Assembly (NCBI RefSeq): GCF_006345805.1
Contig: NC_043002.1
Location: forward strand, 58,218,001 to 58,282,000
Reading direction: 5' to 3'
Length of the DNA stretch: 64,000 bases
Source of the DNA: Octopus sinensis
Lineage: Eukaryota
The position numbers and the translations under genes are program-made. Numbering within the stretch: position 1 is the stretch's first letter; every line of letters starts with the position of its first letter. Below are positions 15,001 through 30,000 of this stretch, piece after piece. The notes under the pieces were generated by a model. The model did no database searches. It was given only the letters and a program-made list of their open reading frames with translations, and had not been told where the DNA came from.

Positions 15001-18000
15001 AACTGCTGTCCACTCTAGTTACTTTTTCATGAACAGTTGTCCACTCTAGTTACTTTACCTCAGCTAACCGTCCACTCTAGTTACTTTTCATCAACTGTTG
15101 CCAATTCTAGTTACTTTTCATCAACTGCTGTCCATTCTAGTTACTTTCATGGACAATTGTCCACTCTAGTTACTTTTCCTCAGCTATCGTCCACTCTAGT
15201 TACTTTTTTTCATCAACTGTTGTCAATTCTAGTTACTTTTCATCATCACTGCTGTCCACTCTAGTTACTTTTCATGGACAGTTGTCCACTCTAGTTACTT
15301 TTTATCAACAATCGTCCAATCAATTTACTTTACCTCGACTGCTGTCCACTCTAGTTACTTTTCATCGACGTGGTCCACTCTAGTTACTTTTCATCAACTG
15401 CTGTCCACTCTAGTTACTTTCATGGACAGTTGTCCACTCTAGTTACTTTTCATGGACAGTAGTCCACTCAAGTTACTTTCTATTACTTCATAACTGCTGT
15501 CCACTCTAGTTACTTTTCATGAACAGTTGTCCACTCTAGTTACTTTACCTCAGCTACCGTCCACTCTAGTTACTTTTCATCAACTGTTGTCAATTCTAGT
15601 TACTTTTCATCAACTGCTGTCCACTCTAGTTAATTTTCATGAACAGTTGTCCACTCTAGTTACTTTACCTCAGCTACCGTGCACTCTAGTTACTTTTCAT
15701 CAACTGTTGTCAATTCTAGTTACTTTCATCAACTGCTGTCCACTCTAGTTACTTTCATGAACAGTTGTCACTCTAGTTACTTTACCTCAGCTACCGTCCA
15801 CTCTAGTTACTTTCATCAACTGTTGTCAATTCTAGTTACTTTCATCACTGCTGTCCATTCTAGTTACTTTTCATGGACAATTGTCCACTCTAGTTACTTT
15901 TCCTCAGCTATCGTCCACTCTAGTTACTTTTCATCAACTGTTGTCAATTCTAGTTACTTTCATCAACTGCTGTCCACTCTAGTTACTTTTCATGGACAGT
16001 TGTCCACTCTAGTTACTTTTCATCAACCGTTGTCAATTCTAGTTACTTTTCATCAACTGCTGTCCACTCTAGTTACTTTTCATGGACAGTTGTCCACTCA
16101 AATTACTTTTCATCAACACTCGTTCAATCAATTTACTTTACCTCGACTGCTGTCCACTCTAGTTACTTTTCATCGACTGTGGTCCACTCTAGTTACTTTT
16201 CATCAACTGCTGTCCACTCTAGTTACTTTTCATGAACAGTTGTCCACTCTAGTTACTTTACCCTCAGCTGCCGTCCACTCTAGTTACTTTTCTTCAACTG
16301 TTGTCAATTCTAGTTACTTTTCATCAACTGCTGTCCACTCTAGTTACTTTTCATGAACAGTTTCCACTCTAGTTACTTTTCATGAACAGTTGTCCACTCT
16401 AGTTACTTTACCTCAGCTACCGTGCACTCTAGTTACTTTTCATCAACTGTTGTCAATTCTAGTTACTTTTCATCAACTGCTGTCCACTCTAGTTACTTTC
16501 ATGGACAATTGTCCACTTTAGTTACTTTTCCTCAGCTATCGTCGACTCTAGTTTACTTTTCATCAACTGCTGTCCACTCTAGTTACTTTTCATGGACAGT
16601 TGTCCACTCTAGTTACTTTTCATCAACTGTTGTCATTTCTAGTTACTTTTCATCAACTGCTGTCCACTCTAGTTACTTTCATGGACAGTTGTCCACTCAA
16701 GTTACTTTTCATCAACAATCGTCCAATCAATTACTTTACCTCGACTGCTGTCCACTCTAGTTACTTTTCATCGACTGTGGTCCACTCTAGTTACTTTTTC
16801 ATCACTGCTGTCCACTCTATTTACTTTTCATGGACAGTTGTCCACTCTAGTTACTTTACCTCAGCTACCGTCCACTCTAGTTACTTTTCATCGACTGCTG
16901 TCAATTCTAGTTACTTTCATGAACAGTTGTCCACTCTAGTTACTTTTCCTCAGCTACCGTCCACTCTAGTCACTTTTCATCAACTGTTGTCAATTCTAGT
17001 TACTTTTCATCAACTGCTGTCCACTCTAGTTACTTTTCATGAACAGTTGTCCACTCTAGTTACTTTACCTCAGCTACCGTCCACTCTAGTTACTTTCATC
17101 ATCACTGTTGCCAATTCTAGTTACTTTTCATCAACTGCTGTCCATTCTAGTTACTTTTCATGGACAATTGTCCACTCTAGTTACTTTCCTCAGCTATCGT
17201 CCACTCTAGTTACTTTTCATCAACTGTTGTCAATTCTAGTTACTTTTCATCAACTGCTGTCCACTCTAGTTACTTTTCATGGACAGTTGTCCACTCTAGT
17301 TACTTTTATCAACAATCGTCCAATCAATTTACTTTACCTCGACTGCTGTCCACTCTAGTTACTTTTCATCGACTGTGGTCCACTCTAGTTACTTTTCATC
17401 AACTGCTGTCCACTCTAGTTACTTTTCATGGACAGTTGTCCACTCTAGTTACTTTTCATGGACAGTAGTCCACTCAAGTTACTTTTCATCAACTGCTGTC
17501 CTCTCTAGTTACTTTTCATGAACAGTTGTCCACTCTAGTTACTTTACCTCAGCTACCGTCCACTCTAGTTACTTTTCATCAACTGTTGTCAATTCTAGTT
17601 ACTTTTCATCAACTGCTGTCCACTCTAGTTAATTTTCATGAACAGTTGTCCACTCTAGTTACTTTACCTCAGCTACCGTGCCACTCTAGTTACTTTTCAT
17701 CAACTGTTGTCAATTCTAGTTACTTTTCATCAACTGCTGTCCACTCTAGTTACTTTTCATGAACAGTTGTCCACTCTAGTTACTTTACCTCAGCTACCGT
17801 CCACTCTAGTTACTTTTCATCAACTGTTGTCAATTCTAGTTACTTTTCATCAACTGCTGTCCATTCTAGTTACTTTTCATGGACAATTGTCCACTCTAGT
17901 TACTTTTCCTCAGCTATCGTCCACTCTAGTTACTTTCATCAACTGTTGTCAATTCTAGTTACTTTTCATCAACTGCTGTCCACTCTAGTTACTTTTCATG

Positions 18001-21000
18001 GACAGTTGTCCACTCTAGTTACTTTTCATCAACTGTTGTCAATTCTAGTTACTTTTCATCAACTGCTGTCCACTCTAGTTACTTTTCATGGACAGTTGTC
18101 CACTCAAATTACTTTTCATCAACACTCGTTCAATCAATTTACTTTACCTCGACTGCTGTCCACTCTAGTTACTTTTCATCGACTGTGGTCCACTGTAGTT
18201 ACTTTTCCTCAACTGCTGTCCACTCTAGTTACTTTTCATGGACAGTTGTCCACTCTAGTTACTTTACCTCAGCTACCGTCCACTCTAGTTACTTTTCATC
18301 GACTGCTGTCAATTCTAGTTACTTTTCATGAACAGTTGTCCACTCTAGTTACTTTACCTCAGCTACCGTCCACTCTAGTTACTTTTCATCGTCTACTGTC
18401 AATTCTAGTTACTTTTCATCAACTGCTGTCCACTCTAGTTACTTTTCATGAACAGTTGTCCACTCTAGTTACTTTACCTCAGCTACCGTCCACTCTAGTT
18501 ACTTTTCATCAACTGTTGTCAATTCTAGTTACTTTTCATCAACTGCTGTCCACTCTAGTTACTTTACCTCAGCTACCGTGCACTCTAGTTACTTTTCATC
18601 AACTGTTGTCAATTCTAGTTACTTTTCATCAACTGCTGTCCACTCTAGTTACTTTTCATGAACAGTTGTCCACTCTAGTTACTTTACCTCAGCTACCGTC
18701 CACTCTAGTTACTTTTCATCAACTGTTGTCAATTCTATTTACTTTTCATCAACTGCTGTCCATTCTAGTTACTTTTCATGGACAATAGTCCACTCTAGTT
18801 ACTTTTCCTCAGCTACCGTCCACTCTAGTTACTTTTCATCAACTGTTGTCAATTCTAGTTACTTTTCATCAACTGCTGTCCACTCTAGTTACTTTTCATG
18901 GACAGTTGTCCACTCTAGTTACTTTTCATCAACTGTTGTCAATTCTAGTTACTTTTCATCAACTGCTGTCCACTCTAGTTACTTTTCATGGACAGTTGTC
19001 CACTCAAGTTACTTTTCATCAACAATCGTCCAATGAATTTACTTTACCTCGACTGCTGTCCACTCTAGTTACTTTTCATCGACTGTGGTCACTGTAGTTA
19101 CTTTTCATCAACTGCTGTCCACTCTAGTTACTTTTCATGGACAGTTGTCCACTCTAGTTACTTTACCTCAGCTACCGTCCACTCTAGTTACTTTTCATCG
19201 ACTGCTGTCAATTCTAGTTACTTTTCATGAAGAGTTGTCCACTCTAGTTACTTTACCTCAGCTACCGTCCACTCTATTACTTTTCATCGACTACTGTCAA
19301 TTCTAGTTACTTTTCATCAACTGCTGTCCAATCTAGTTACTTTTCATGAACAGTTGTCCACTCTAGTTACTTTTCATCAACTTGTCAATTCTAGTTACTT
19401 TTCATCAACTGCTGTCCACTCTAGTTACTTTTCATCGACTGTGGTCCACTCTAGTTACTTTTCATCAACTGCTGTCCACTCTAGTTACTTTTCCTGGACA
19501 GTTGTCCACTCTAGTTACTTTACCTCAGCTACCGTCCACTCTAGTTACTTTTCATCGACTGCTGTCAATTCTAGTTACTTTTCATGAACAGTTGTCCACT
19601 CTAGTTACTTTACCTCAGCTACCGTGCACTCTAGTTACTTTTCATCAACTGTTGTCAATTCTAGTTACTTTTCATCAACTGCTGTCCACTCTAGTTACTT
19701 TTCATGAACAGTTGTCCACTCTAGTTACTTTACCTCAGCTACCGTCCACTCTAGTTACTTTTCATCAACTGTTGACAATTCTAGTTACTTTTCATCAACT
19801 GCTGTCCATTCTAGTTACTTTTCATGGACAATTGTCCACTCTAGTTACTTTTCATCAGCTATCGTCCACTCTAGTTACTTTTCATCAACTGTTGTCCAAT
19901 TCTAGTTACTTTTCATCACTGCTGTCCACTCTAGTTACTTTTCATGGACAGTTGTCCACTCTAGTTACTTTTTATCAACAATCGTCCAATCAATTTACTT
20001 TTACCTCGACTGCTGTCCACTCTAGTTACTTTTCATCGACTGTGTCCACTCTAGTTACTTTTCATCAACTGCTGTCCACTCTAGTTACTTTTCATGGACA
20101 GTTGTCCACTCTAGTTACTTTACCTCAGTACCTGTCCACTCTAGTTACTTTTCATCGACTGCTGTCATTCTAGTTACTTTTCATGAACAGTTGTCCACTC
20201 TAGTTACTTTACCTCAGCTACCGTCCACTCTAGTTACTTTTCATCGACTACTGTCAATTCTAGTTACTTTTCATCAACTGCTGTCCACTCTAGTTACTTT
20301 TCATGAACAGTTGTCCACTCTAGTTACTTTACCTCAGCTACCGTCCACTCTAGTTACTTTTCATCAACTGTTGTCAATTCTAGTTACTTTTCATCAACTG
20401 CTGTCCACTCTAGTTACTTTTCATGAACAGTTGTCCACTCTAGTTACTTTACTCAGCTATCGTCCACTCTAGTTACTTTTCATCAACTGTTGTCAATTCT
20501 AGTTACTTTTCATCAACTGCTGTCCACTCTAGTTACTTTTCATGGACAGTTGTCCACTCTAGTTACTTTTCATCAACTGTTGTCAATTCTAGTTACTTTT
20601 CATCAACTGCTGTCCACTCTAGTTACTTTTCATGGACAGTTGTCCACTCAATTACTTTTCATCAACACTCGTTCAATCAATTTACTTTACCTCGACTGCT
20701 GTCCACTCTAGTTACTTTTCATCGACTGTGGTCCACTGTAGTTACTTTTCTCAACTGCTGTCCACTCTAGTTACTTTTCATGGACAGTTGTCCACTCTAG
20801 TTACTTTACCTCAGCTACCGTCCACTCTAGTTACTTTCATCGACTGCTGTCAATTCTAGTTACTTTTCATGAACAGTTGTCCACTCTAGTTACTTTACCT
20901 CAGCTACCGTCCACTCTAGTTACTTTTCATCGTCTACTGTCAATTCTAGTTACTTTTCATCAACTGCTGTCCACTCTAGTTACTTTTCATGAACAGTTGT

Positions 21001-24000
21001 CCACTCTAGTTACTTTACCTCAGCTACCGTCCACTCTAGTTACTTTTCATCAACTGTTGTCAATTCTAGTTACTTTTCATCAACTGCTGTCCACTCTAGT
21101 TATTTTCATGAACAGTTGTCCACTCTAGTTACTTTACCTCAGCTACCGTGCACTCTAGTTACTTTTCATCAACTGTTGTCAATTCTAGTTACTTTTCATC
21201 AACTGCTGTCCACTCTAGTTACTTTTCATGAACAGTTGTCCACTCTAGTTACTTTACCTCAGCTACCGTCCACTCTAGTTACTTTCATCAACTGTTGTCA
21301 ATTCTATTTACTTTTCATCAACTGCTGTCCATTCTAGTTACTTTTCATGGACAATAGTCCACTCTAGTTACTTTTCCTCAGCTACCGTCCACTCTAGTTA
21401 CTTTTCATCAACTGTTGTCAATTCTAGTTACTTTTCATCAACTGCTGTCCACTCTAGTTACTTTTCATGGACAGTTGTCCACTCTAGTTACTTTTCATCA
21501 ACTGTTGTCAATTCTAGTTACTTTTCATCAACTGCTGTCCACTCTAGTTACTTTTCATGGACAGTTGTCCACTCAAGTTACTTTTCATCAACAATCGTCC
21601 AATCAATTTACTTTACCTCGACTGCTGTCCACTCTAGTTACTTTTCATCGACTGTGGTCCACTCTAGTTACTTTTCATCAACTGCTGTCCACTCTAGTTA
21701 CTTTTCATGGACAGTTGTCCACTCTAGTTACTTTACCTCAGCTACCGTCCACTCTAGTTACTTTTCATCGACTGCTGTCAATTCTAGTTACTTTTCATGA
21801 ACAGTTGTCCACTCTAGTTACTTTACCTCAGCTACCGTCCACTCTATTTACTTTTCATCGACTACTGTCAATTCTAGTTACTTTTCATCAACTGCTGTCC
21901 ACTCTAGTTACTTTTCATGAACAGTTGTCCACTCTAGTTACTTTTCATCAACTGTTGTCAATTCTAGTTACTTTTCATCAACTGCTGTCCACTCTAGTTA
22001 CTTTTCATCGACTGTGGTCCACTCTAGTTACTTTTCATCAACTGCTGTCCACTCTAGTTACTTTTCATGGACAGTTGTCCACTCTAGTTACTTTACCTCA
22101 GCTACCGTCCACTCTAGTTACTTTTCATCGACTGCTGTCAATTCTAGTTACTTTTCATGAACAGTTGTCCACTCTAGTTAATTTACCTCAGCTACCGTCC
22201 ACTCTAGTTACTTTTCATCGACTACTGTCAATTCTAGTTACTTTTCATCAACTGCTGTCCACTCTAGTTACTTTTCATGAACAGTTGTCCACTCTAGTTA
22301 CTTTACCTCAGCTACCGTCCACTCTAGTTACTTTTCATCAACTGTTGTCAATTCTAGTTACTTTTCATCAACTGCTGTCCACTCTAGTTAATTTTCATGA
22401 ACAGTTGTCCACTCTAGTTACTTTACCTCAGCTACCGTGCACTCTAGTTACTTTTCATCAACTGTTGTCAATTCTAGTTACTTTTCATCAACTGCTGTCC
22501 ACTCTAGTTACTTTTCATGAACAGTTGTCCACTCTAGTTACTTTACCTCAGCTACCGTCCACTCTAGTTACTTTTCATCAACTGTTGACAATTCTAGTTA
22601 CTTTTCATCAACTGCTGTCCATTCTAGTTACTTTTCATGGACAATTGTCCACTCTAGTTACTTTTCATCAGCTATCGTCCACTCTAGTTACTTTTCATCA
22701 ACTGTTGTCAATTCTAGTTACTTTTCATCAACTGCTGTCCACTCTAGTTACTTTTCATGGACAGTTGTCCACTCTAGTTACTTTTTATCAACAATCGTCC
22801 AATCAATTTACTTTACCTCGACTGCTGTCCACTCTAGTTACTTTTCATCGACTGTGGTCCACTCTAGTTACTTTTCATCAACTGCTGTCCACTCTAGTTA
22901 CTTTTCATGGACAGTTGTCCACTCTAGTTACTTTACCTCAGCTACCGTCCACTCTAGTTACTTTTCATCGACTGCTGTCAATTCTAGTTACTTTTCATGA
23001 ACAGTTGTCCACTCTAGTTACTTTACCTCAGCTACCGTCCACTCTAGTTACTTTTCATCGACTACTGTCAATTCTAGTTACTTTTCATCAACTGCTGTCC
23101 ACTCTAGTTACTTTTCATGAACAGTTGTCCACTCTAGTTACTTTACCTCAGCTACCGTCCAGTCTAGTTACTTTTCATCAACTGTTGTCAATTCTAGTTA
23201 CTTTTCATCAACTGCTGTCCACTCTAGTTACTTTTCATGAACAGTTGTCCACTCTAGTTACTTTACCTCAGCTACCGTCCACTCTAGTTACTTTTCATCA
23301 ACTGTTGTCAATTCTAGTTACTTTTCATCAACTGCTGTCCATTCTAGTTACTTTTCATGGACAATTGTCCACTCTAGTTACTTTTCCTCAGCTATCGTCG
23401 ACTCTACATACTTTTCATCAACTGTCGTCAATTCTAGTTACTTTTCATCAACTGCTGTCCACTCTAGTTACTTTTCATGAACAGTTGTCCACTCTAGTTA
23501 CTTTACCTCAGCTACCGTCCACTCTAGTTACTTTTCATCAACTGTTGCCAATTCTAGTTACTTTTCATCAACTGCTGTCCATTCTAGTTACTTTTCATGG
23601 ACAATTGTCCACTCTAGTTACTTTTCCTCAGCTATCGTCCACTCTAGTTACTTTTCATCAACTGTTGTCAATTCTAGTTACTTTTCATCAACTGCTGTCC
23701 ACTCTAGTTACTTTTCATGGACAGTTGTCCACTCTAGTTACTTTTTATCAACAATCGTCCAATCAATTTACTTTACCTCGACTGCTGTCCACTCTAGTTA
23801 CTTTTCATCGACTGTGGTCCACTCTAGTTACTTTTCATCAACTGCTGTCCACTCTAGTTACTTTTCATGGACAGTTGTCCACTCTAGTTACTTTTCATGG
23901 ACAGTAGTCCACTCAAGTTACTTTTCATCAACTGCTGTCCACTCTAGTTACTTTTCATGAACAGTTGTCCACTCTAGTTACTTTACCTCAGCTACCGTCC

Positions 24001-27000
24001 ACTCTAGTTACTTTTCATCAACTGTTGTCAATTCTAGTTACTTTTCATCAACTGCTGTCCACTCTAGTTAATTTTCATGAACAGTTGTCCACTCTAGTTA
24101 CTTTACCTCAGCTACCGTGCACTCTAGTTACTTTTCATCAACTGTTGTCAATTCTAGTTACTTTTCATCAACTGCTGTCCACTCTAGTTACTTTTCATGA
24201 ACAGTTGTCCACTCTAGTTACTTTACCTCAGCTACCGTCCACTCTAGTTACTTTTCATCAACTGTTGTCAATTCTAGTTACTTTTCATCAACTGCTGTCC
24301 ATTCTAGTTACTTTTCATGGACAATTGTCCACTCTAGTTACTTTTCCTCAGCTATCGTCCACTCTAGTTACTTTTCATCAACTGTTGTCAATTCTAGTTA
24401 CTTTTCATCAACTGCTGTCCACTCTAGTTACTTTTCATGGACAGTTGTCCACTCTAGTTACTTTTCATCAACCGTTGTCAATTCTAGTTACTTTTCATCA
24501 ACTGCTGTCCACTCTAGTTACTTTTCATGGACAGTTGTCCACTCAAATTACTTTTCATCAACACTCGTTCAATCAATTTACTTTACCTCGACTGCTGTCC
24601 ACTCTAGTTACTTTTCATCGACTGTGGTCCACTCTAGTTACTTTTCATCAACTGCTGTCCACTCTAGTTACTTTTCATGAACAGTTGTCCACTCTAGTTA
24701 CTTTATCTCAGCTGCCGTCCACTCTAGTTACTTTTCTTCAACTGTTGTCAATTCTAGTTACTTTTCATCAACTGCTGTCCACTCTAGTTACTTTTCATGA
24801 ACAGTTGTCCACTCTAGTTACTTTTCATGAACAGTTGTCCACTCTAGTTACTTTACCTCAGCTACCGTGCACTCTAGTTACTTTTCATCAACTGTTGTCA
24901 ATTCTAGTTACTTTTCATCAACTGCTGTCCACTCTAGTTACTTTTCATGGACAATTGTCCACTTTAGTTACTTTTCCTCAGCTATCGTCGACTCTAGTTA
25001 CTTTTCATCAACTGCTGTCCACTCTAGTTACTTTTCATGGACAGTTGTCCACTCTAGTTACTTTTCATCAACTGTTGTCATTTCTAGTTACTTTTCATCA
25101 ACTGCTGTCCACTCTAGTTACTTTTCATGGACAGTTGTCCACTCAAGTTACTTTTCATCAACAATCGTCCAATCAATTTACTTTACCTCGACTGCTGTCC
25201 ACTCTAGTTACTTTTCATCGACTGTGGTCCACTCTAGTTACTTTTCATCAACTGCTGTCCACTCTAGTTACTTTTCATGGACAGTTGTCCACTCTAGTTA
25301 CTTTACCTCAGCTACCGTCCACTCTAGTTACTTTTCATCGACTGCTGTCAATTCTAGTTACTTTTCATGAACAGTTGTCCACTCTAGTTACTTTACCTCA
25401 GCTACCGTCCACTCTAGTCACTTTTCATCAACTGTTGTCAATTCTAGTTACTTTTCATCAACTGCTGTCCACTCTAGTTACTTTTCATGAACAGTTGTCC
25501 ACTCTAGTTACTTTACCTCAGCTACCGTCCACTCTAGTTACTTTTCATCAACTGTTGCCAATTCTAGTTACTTTTCATCAACTGCTGTCCATTCTAGTTA
25601 CTTTTCATGGACAGTTGTCCACTCTAGTTACTTTTCATGGACAGTAGTCCACTCAAGTTACTTTTCATCAACTGCTGTCCACTCTAGTTAATTTTCATGA
25701 ACAGTTGTCCACTCTAGTTACTTTACCTCAGCTACCGTGCACTCTAGTTACTTTTCATCAACTGTTGTCAATTCTAGTTACTTTTCATCAACTGCTGTCC
25801 ATTCTAGTTACTTTTCATGGACTATTGTCCACTCTAGTTACTTTTCCTCAGCTATCGTCCACTCTAGTTACTTTTCATCAACTGTTGTCAATTCTAGTTA
25901 CTTTTCATCAACTGCTGTCCACTCTAGTTACTTTTCATGGACAGTTGTCCACTCTAGTTACTTTTTATCAACAATCGTCCAATCAATTTACTTTACCTCG
26001 ACTGCTGTCCACTCTAGTTACTTTTCATCGACTGTGGTCCACTCTAGTTACTTTTCATCAACTGCTGTCCACTCTAGTTACTTTTCATGGACAGTTGTCC
26101 ACTCTAGTTACTTTTCATGGACAGTAGTCCACTCAAGTTACTTTTCATCAACTGCTGTCCTCTCTAGTTACTTTTCATGAACAGTTGTCCACTCTAGTTA
26201 CTTTACCTCAGCTACCGTCCACTCTAGTTACTTTTCATCAACTGTTGTCAATTCTAGTTACTTTTCATCAACTGCTGTCCACTCTAGTTAATTTTCATGA
26301 ACAGTTGTCCACTCTAGTTACTTTACCTCAGCTACCGTGCACTCTAGTTACTTTTCATCAACTGTTGTCAATTCTAGTTACTTTTCATCAACTGCTGTCC
26401 ACTCTAGTTACTTTTCATGAACAGTTGTCCACTCTAGTTACTTTACCTCAGCTACCGTCCACTCTAGTTACTTTTCATCAACTGTTGTCAATTCTAGTTA
26501 CTTTTCATCAACTGCTGTCCATTCTAGTTACTTTTCATGGACAATTGTCCACTCTAGTTACTTTTCCTCAGCTATCGTCCACTCTAGTTACTTTTCATCA
26601 ACTGTTGTCAATTCTAGTTACTTTTCATCAACTGCTGTCCACTCTAGTTACTTTTCATGGACAGTTGTCCACTCTAGTTACTTTTCATCAACTGTTGTCA
26701 ATTCTAGTTACTTTTCATCAACTGCTGTCCACTCTAGTTACTTTTCATGGACAGTTGTCCACTCAAATTACTTTTCATCAACACTCGTTCAATCAATTTA
26801 CTTTACCTCGACTGCTGTCCACTCTAGTTACTTTTCATCGACTGTGGTCCACTGTAGTTACTTTTCATCAACTGCTGTCCACTCTAGTTACTTTTCATGG
26901 ACAGTTGTCCACTCTAGTTACTTTACCTCAGCTACCGTCCACTCTAGTTACTTTTCATCGACTGCTGTCAATTCTAGTTACTTTTCATGAACAGTTGTCC

Positions 27001-30000
27001 ACTCTAGTTACTTTACCTCAGCTACCGTCCACTCTAGTTACTTTTCATCGTCTACTGTCAATTCTAGTTACTTTTCATCAACTGCTGTCCACTCTAGTTA
27101 CTTTTCATGAACAGTTGTCCACTCTAGTTACTTTACCTCAGCTACCGTCCACTCTAGTTACTTTTCATCAACTGTTGTCAATTCTAGTTACTTTTCATCA
27201 ACTGCTGTCCACTCTAGTTAATTTTCATGAACAGTTGTCCACTCTAGTTACTTTACCTCAGCTACCGTGCACTCTAGTTACTTTTCATCAACTGTTGTCA
27301 ATTCTAGTTACTTTTCATCAACTGCTGTCCACTCTAGTTACTTTTCATGAACAGTTGTCCACTCTAGTTACTTTACCTCAGCTACCGTCCACTCTAGTTA
27401 CTTTTCATCAACTGTTGTCAATTCTATTTACTTTTCATCAACTGCTGTCCATTCTAGTTACTTTTCATGGACAATAGTCCACTCTAGTTACTTTTCCTCA
27501 GCTACCGTCCACTCTAGTTACTTTTCATCAACTGTTGTCAATTCTAGTTACTTTTCATCAACTGCTGTCCACTCTAGTTACTTTTCATGGACAGTTGTCC
27601 ACTCTAGTTACTTTTCATCAACTGTTGTCAATTCTAGTTACTTTTCATCAACTGCTGTCCACTCTAGTTACTTTTCATGGACAGTTGTCCACTCAAGTTA
27701 CTTTTCATCAACAATCGTCCAATCAATTTACTTTACCTCGACTGCTGTCCACTCTAGTTACTTTTCATCGACTGTGGTCCACTGTAGTTACTTTTCATCA
27801 ACTGCTGTCCACTCTAGTTACTTTTCATGGACAGTTGTCCACTCTAGTTACTTTACCTCAGCTACCGTCCACTCTAGTTACTTTTCATCGACTGCTGTCA
27901 ATTCTAGTTACTTTTCATGAAGAGTTGTCCACTCTAGTTACTTTACCTCAGCTACCGTCCACTCTATTTACTTTTCATCGACTACTGTCAATTCTAGTTA
28001 CTTTTCATCAACTGCTGTCCAATCTAGTTACTTTTCATGAACAGTTGTCCACTCTAGTTACTTTTCATCAACTGTTGTCAATTCTAGTTACTTTTCATCA
28101 ACTGCTGTCCACTCTAGTTACTTTTCATCGACCATGGTCCACTCTAGTTACTTTTCATCAACTGCTGTCCACTCTAGTTACTTTTCCTGGACAGTTGTCC
28201 ACTCTAGTTACTTTACCTCAGCTACCGTCCACTCTAGTTACTTTTCATCGACTGCTGTCAATTCTAGTTACTTTTCATGAACAGTTGTCCACTCTAGTTA
28301 ATTTACCTCAGCTACCGTCCACTCTATTTACTTTTCATCGACTACTGTCAATTCTATTTACTTTTCATCAACTGCTGTCCAATCTAGTTACTTTTCATGA
28401 ACAGTTGTCCACTCTAGTTACTTTTCATCAACTGTTGTCAATTCTAGTTACTTTTCATCAACTGCTGTCCACTCTAGTTACTTTTCATCGACTGTGGTCC
28501 ACTCTAGTTACTTTTCATCAACTGCTGTCCACTCTAGTTACTTTTCCTGGACAGTTGTCCACTCTAGTTACTTTACCTCAGCTACCGTCCACTCTAGTTA
28601 CTTTTCATCGACTGCTGTCAATTCTAGTTACTTTTCATGAACAGTTGTCCACTCTAGTTACTTTACCTCAGCTACCGTCCACTCTAGTTACTTTTCATCG
28701 ACTACTGTCAATTCTAGTTACTTTTCATCAACTGCTGTCCACTCTAGTTACTTTTCATGAACAGTTGTCCACTCTAGTTACTTTACCTCAGCTACCGTCC
28801 ACTCTAGTTACTTTTCATCAACTGTTGTCAATTCTAGTTACTTTTCATCAACTGCTGTCCACTCTAGTTAATTTTCATGAACAGTTGTCCACTCTAGTTA
28901 CTTTACCTCAGCTACCGTGCACTCTAGTTACTTTTCATGAACAGTTGTCCACTCTAGTTACTTTACCTCAGCTACCGTGCACTCTAGTTACTTTTCATCA
29001 ACTGTTGTCAATTCTAGTTACTTTTCATCAACTGCTGTCCATTCTAGTTACTTTTCATGGACAATTGTCCACTCTAGTTACTTTTCCTCAGCTATCGTCG
29101 ACTCTAGTTACTTTTCATCAACTGTTGTCAATTCTAGTTACTTTTCATCAACTGCTGTCCACTCTAGTTACTTTTCATGGACAGTTATCCACTCTAGTTA
29201 CTTTTCATCAACTGTTGTCAATTCTAGTTACTTTTCATCAACTGCTGTCCACTCTAGTTACTTTTCATGGACAGTTGTCCACTCAAGTTACTTTTCATCA
29301 ACAATCGTTCAATCAATTTACTTTACCTCGACTGCTGTCCACTCTAGTTACTTTTCATCGACTGTGGTCCACTCTAGTTACTTTTCATTAACTGCTGTCC
29401 ACTCTAGTTACTTTTCATGGACAGTTGTCCACTCTAGTTACTTTACCTCAGCTACCGTCCACTCTAGTTACTTTTCATCGACTGCTGTCAATTCTAGTTA
29501 CTTTTCATGAACAGTTGTCCACTCTAGTTACTTTACCTCAGCTACCGTCCACTCTAGTTACTTTTCATCGACTACTGTCAATTCTAGTTACTTTTCATCA
29601 ACTGCTGTCCACTCTAGTTACTTTTCATGAACAGTTGTCCACTCTAGTTACTTTACCTCAGCTACCGTCCACTCTAGTTACTTTTCATCAACTGTTGTCA
29701 ATTCTAGTTACTTTTCATCAACTGCTGTCCACTCTAGTTAATTTTCATGAACAGTTGTCCACTCTAGTTACTTTACCTCAGCTACCGTGCACTCTAGTTA
29801 CTTTTCATCAACTGTTGTCAATTCTAGTTACTTTTCATCAACTGCTGTCCACTCTAGTTACTTTTCATGAACAGTTGTCCACTCTAGTTACTTTACCTCA
29901 GCTACCGTCCACTCTAGTTACTTTTCATCAACTGTTGTCAATTCTATTTACTTTTCATCAACTGCTGTCCACTCTAGTTACTTTTCATGGACAATTGTCC

